DNA of 64,000 nt from Neoechinorhynchus agilis (lineage: Eukaryota > Animalia > Acanthocephala), in the NCBI GenBank assembly GCA_051530055.1, contig CM121341.1, positions 8,534,784 to 8,598,783 on the forward strand, given 5' to 3'. Under the pieces are notes generated by a model. It saw only the letters and a list, made by a program, of their open reading frames with translations. It searched no databases and was not told the origin of the DNA. Below are positions 58,840 through 64,000 of the stretch, piece after piece. The translations under genes and the position numbers were made by a program. Positions within the stretch are counted from its first letter, which is position 1, and each line of letters begins with the position of its first letter.

Positions 58840-59600
58840 TTATTGCGTTCACTTTCTAAAACCATTGTTGGGTCGCATTTGACCACTGGTCAGTTTGCAC
58901 CCCGTGTAGTCCTTCTGAGTCTTGGACCGTTTATGTTCTGCCAATCTCGTCTTCAGATTCCGGCATGTTTGTTCAGACAACATCCCTCTTTTTTCTATCT
59001 CCTGGTGTGTTTCCGGGCAATGAGGTTTCCTATCAGCACTGAGGGTTGAAAATAAAATTGGCATTTTATCGGCAGACCGCTGATCTTAATTATCATAGAG
59101 ATTTTGTTACGCCAAGAGTTGGTTTGTGGGCCTATGTCTGGCGCTCCAATGCGTAGGCCCATTCAATTCGGGCCCATGGATGTTTCTTTTGACTGCGTGT
59201 TCCTTGCATGGTCCACTTGCTCCAGCGCTGAACTAAGAACATCTTTGGGGACCCCAACTTGCTGAAAATTCGTTTCAGTGTTGGATTCCGGTTATGGGCA
59301 CTGTTCCAAATTTTATAATTATTTGTTTCAGAGTCGTGTTTCACTCTTTTTTGAATCAACGCATCTAGGAACGGCAAACTTCCATTTTCATCGGACCTAT
59401 TCATATTGAATTTGATTCGATTATGTTGGCGGTTGAGATGTTCAATGAAATCGTTGGAACTCTATTCATAACCGGGGTCAAAATCACGAATATATCATCT
59501 ACATATCTTTTGAAGAAGACTGGTTTGATCGCTCTCTGAAAATCACAGCTGAATACACAGGTTCTTGCATTTTATTAATAGTATTTTTCTTTTTTAGACG
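58840..59600 (-). mobile_element. Penelope-like element fragment (RT and GIY-YIG)
   Basis: KPVFFKRYVDDIF, ENGSLPFLD and QTCRNLKTRLAEHKR motifs, with frameshifts. Confidence 0.85.
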
Positions 59601-59819
59601 CAACGATGGCATAATAAATTCTTAATCTTCCAGTAAAAGATATTAAATTTTGTTAATATCGAACGATCAAGAAGTTAAGGACGATGATAATGCTGCAAAG
59701 CCCAAGTCGAATACTCCTAAAAAGGGTTTATCGTTCTTTGGAAATAACTAACTTTAACCAAGGTTCCTAATGAGATGCAGAAATTAAAGAAGAAACAAAA
59801 GAAATAAATTCACTGAACT

Positions 59820-62800
59820 ATGAAATCGATAACCTTACGAGTGATTGTTTTTGTATGATAGAGATTCAAAAAATAAAATATTGAAAGCTTTTACGTTACT
59901 ATTATCAAAAATATAAGTAGAATAGAAATTTTTCGATTGATAAAATTGCCTTTGTTTAGATAATTTTTCGTTGAACTATTCAGCTGCAGTTACTAATTAT
60001 CAATAATCCACAATTCGATACTAAATAAATCAAAACGTTTTCTCAAAATCATAAATAAACTTTAATTATTTTAGATGTTGAACAAAATGATAACATATTG
60101 TAATCTGCGTGCGTCCAAATTAGAAATGCAAAAAGCTAAGAGTCATTCTGTGATTTCACAATCGAAGAACACTCTACGGATAATGGCTATCACTCTAAAG
60201 TACCTTTAATTAATGAAATAATTGAAAAACTGTACCATCTCCTGCATTATACACATTCATTTTTAAATGTTTCGAAACCTTTAGCACAAGAAAAATACAA
60301 CCGTTAAACCCTCTTCAACTTGTTTCCATAATTTGGAACGCGTATAATAAAAAAAGATATTAAACTAGTTTTAAGAAGTAAAGAATTTAGTTGTTTGCTA
60401 CCGATTAAATATTGGTTATTGAATATAATTTTAAAGTTTATATTGTAAAAACGCACTTTTTTAATTTGATATTGCAAAGAAAAAATTTATATTTGCGATT
60501 TAGTCCTGCTCATAAATAGCGCACTTTCTCCACTTGATGCTTAGTTCGGTTTTCGTAATATTGTTTATTTAATTTAAAAATTGATTCAAAATTTTATTTA
60601 AATGTTCTTATAGCTTCCAGTCGTCTTAGAGGATATCTTCTAGAATTTAATAAGGCCCACATATGTATTTTCGTCTTATATTTTCAAGTAACGATCGAAT
60701 CTGATTGCAAGCTAACGAATTGAAAGCAAATTTGTTTTTTAGCGGTTTTATGTGTTCAATTTCACAAGCTCTAGAGCTTACGTATCATCACCTACAACAA
60801 TATTTTGAGGCTCAATGCTTGCACGATTCAATCTTTCGATGTCTTTAACTTCCCTCGTGTTCGTTGCGATAAACCATTAGGTAATCACAAGTTTAATCTA
60901 TAAAAATTATTTTCCAGCCTAGTAGAGTTTCATTAAAAACGCAATAATTTGAATTTTCGCGTTTTAGCTTTTGCTAACTCGGCGGGTAGACATTTTGTAT
61001 GAGTCCAAAATGTTAAAAGAGCTACTTTGTTTAGTCAGTTTTGATAAGATCTTTTATTTGTCATGAAAATCCAAAGTGTTCCTTTTACAAACAACCGTAG
61101 CGCCGATTATCGTTGTATAAAATCAATAAGCAATTTCAGTCTTTTTACTTTCTGGGATTTACTTCAATTATTTTAACAAGAACGATTAAATTTCATCACT
61201 GTGCCTTTTTCGTGTATCATTAATTATTTCTAGAAAAAACAGGGAAAATTACGCAAAAATTGAAAAGCTCAAGAAAAAATGTCAAATTCAATTCCAAATG
61301 TGGACATTGAAGATATCTTGCGAAAGATGTCGTCAATTAATTTATATTTCACTAGAACAAGTTTATGGCAGACTTGGATGTTTTTGATCAATTCATCCTT
61401 CCGTATTATGTCATCTATGACTTCGCTTATTGATTATTTCACGAATAATGCTGATTATACATGTTGGATCCCGGATAATGTATCGATGAGCGACGCAATT
61501 CCAATTAATGCAGATGGAAAATTCGAAAAATGTAAAGTCTTTGAGAATTATACTTCACTGTCAAATAAAATAATACCCTGCCCTAACGGCTACATCCACC
61601 CGCTACCCGATGACAGATCGCTGGTGTTCACCTTTGATCTATACTGCGATCGGGAATACTTAAAGGATATTCCACAGTCAGCCTTCTTCGTAGGAGCAGC
61701 AATCGGTTCAGCCGTTTTGTCAATGTTTGGCGACAATTTTGGTAAGAAACCAATTGCTCTTATCGGAACTTGGCTCAATATCATATGCGGAATCGGCTGT
61801 GCGCTTTCAAATACCATCTAAATCGGATGCATCCGATCAGCTAAAACCATTATATCTTTCTTATTGATCGGAATCACCTTGATATTTATTTATAGTATTC
61901 CGTTTTTTATCTGGAATTTGCTGGCAGATGTGTACTCTCTCTTCTTATATTCTCAGTGTTGAAGTCTTTGCAGCGCAATACCGAGGCATCCAGTGTATAA
62001 TGGCTAATTTCATTTGGGGTATAGGAATGTTAATGTTGGATTTAGTCGCTTATTTTGTTAGAGGATGGCGGAATCTTTATTTGACAGTTTATGTTCCAGT
62101 CGCAATAACTGTACTCTATTATTGGATTATGAGAGAAAGTTTATTTTGGCTAGCTGTTCATAAACGACAAGCTGATGTAAATAAAATATTAACCGAAGCA
62201 TACAAAATGAATTCAACGAAACAACAAGATCAAATGTTTCTTTCACTTGACGACGATATCGGACTAATAGCCGATGATTCAGAGGCCCCAACTAGTGTAC
62301 CGCTGCCAAATCGGATAAAGAAAAACTTAAAAGCAATGTTTTCGTCAATTGTGTTTCCATATTCGTTGTTTTGTGGATGTCTACTGATTTCATTGGCTTC
62401 TTTTGGTTACTTCGGATTAACTCTATCAGCATCCGCATTTTCGTCCAACGTCTACCTCCATTTCTTTATTACAACTATTATTGAAATTCCACAGTTTGTC
62501 TCATCTAGCGTTGCAACGAAATTCTTCGGACGAAAAACTCTAAGTCTTTTCAGCAATCTTTTGCTTGTACTCATATCTATAATATTTGCTATCCTTCCTT
62601 CAAGCAATAAAGAAGCTTTGAATGTCTTCAATCACATTGCAAAGTTGTCGGCAGCGGCTAATGCTGATATTGTTTGGATTTTCGCAACAGAGCTATTTCC
62701 AACGAGGTACAGACAATTTGGATTAGGAATTGCGGTCTCTTGGAGTCGAATCATAACAGCTTTTAGTCCTTTCTTGAAAGATCTACTGACTTCTCAAAGA

Positions 62801-64000
62801 CTCGTAGCTATGCTTTCGATTGGAGGTTTTGCACTTTTGGTTGCCATCCTGCTAATCTTTTTACCTGAGACAAAATACCATACGATGGCAGAACTTTCTG
62901 ATATGAAGGGGCTACGACAATGTGCAAGAGAAACGTTTAGTTGGATGCCGAGGAAGCCAAAAGATGAACAAGTATCGGAGCTTCAGGATATAACAAATGG
63001 AGATTAGTGCGAATGTCCAGGAATTGATTTAAAGAAATAAAAGGACATTTTGTGACGGATTGTAGGTAGAGATTAAAATTGACACAGCTAAGATATTTTT
63101 AAAGAAAGGTTTCCGGTTGTGTATTGGATAGCGATATTTTGCTGCACGAATAATGTAGTCGATTCGTCCAAAGCGTTCATGAGAAAAATATTTTCAATCC
63201 CTCGTCGACCGTAGTTAAGTTGTTCAATCAGCATTTGCGATTGGATTAATTAATAAGACCACATTTTGCAGATTCCGCTATCTTCAATAGAATCATCATG
63301 TCCAAAAAGTCCAGCGTAATATTGAGCTGTGAGTTCGCTGTTAAAATAGCAATCGGCTGGAATCATCTTAAACTGCTTTCTTTGTGTGCCATTCACCGTG
63401 TTCGTTTGGCCCAGGGACGATGGGTACACGGTCGGGTACTTCCAAACCGATTCTCTGCTTGGAGGATGAATTCGGCAGATAATACCCGTTCGAAATTGGT
63501 TTAAGTCGAAGGATATCAATAAGAAAGGGGCAGATGCTACAACGGGTTGTTAAAGCTACGATTCTAAATCACTGAAGTTACGATCGCAAGGCATAGAATG
63601 ATTATTAGCGATGTTGAAGAAAGCGATAATAACTCTGCCAGCATTATGGACACGACCTCCGCCGACAACGAGCTGGAACGTTGAATTTGGTAATAAAGAA
63701 TTCGATGAAGTCCGAAAATCCAAAACGTATTCGGTACAAGAATCACGCAAGAGACTTAGGAAATAGAGAGATATCAACAGATTTGGTTTGATGGCTTCAC
63801 AGTCCTTCACCAGTCTATTATTCAGGAATCATACAAACGACGATTTAGGGAATTGAAATTTAAAGAAAATTCCATGGAGTCCGAAAATCCAAAATGTATT
63901 CGGTGCAAGAATCACGCAAGAGACTTAGGAAATAGAGAGATATCAACAGATTTGGTTAGATGGCTTCACAGTCCTTCTGTAGTCTATTATTCAGGAATCA
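59820..64000 (+). repeat. Segmental duplication, copy 2, with an extra 698-bp AT-rich segment (60031-60728)
   Basis: Colinear with 24730-28213 except for the insert; runs off the window end. Confidence 0.95.
61279..63007 (+). CDS. SLC22-family transporter, copy 2; exons 61279-61819 and 61884-63007
   Basis: ORF translations identical to copy 1; same AA-AT intron at 61820-61883. Confidence 0.9.

Overview
AT-rich, compact eukaryotic (animal-like) genomic DNA; no prokaryotic features or CRISPR arrays. It contains housekeeping genes (PREB/SEC12-like, small Tim, SRRT/Ars2, EF1A, HIG1, SOD2, IST1, SLC35G-like, two near-identical SLC22 copies), a CCCH/PARP ZAP-like gene and several orphan genes. These are interspersed with CRE-like, RTE and Penelope-like retroelement remnants, palindromic MITE-like elements and tandem arrays (GC-rich 15-18 bp units; ~155, ~245, ~140-170 and ~194 bp units). 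Three signals stand out. (1) At least three conserved genes (SOD2, IST1, SLC22), and probably two more, are only restored by removing introns of the form T|AA...AT|, while ordinary GT-AG introns coexist. (2) A nuclear-type tRNA gene has a tRNA-Gly body but a UCU anticodon, although AGA is clearly Arg in EF1A. (3) TTTCAG/TTTTAG acceptors lie just before most start codons and one gene pair has a 30-nt spacer, suggesting SL trans-splicing and operons. Together these resemble a larvacean (fritillariid-like) tunicate, but the taxon is inferred, not shown. All alignments and coordinates were done by eye.
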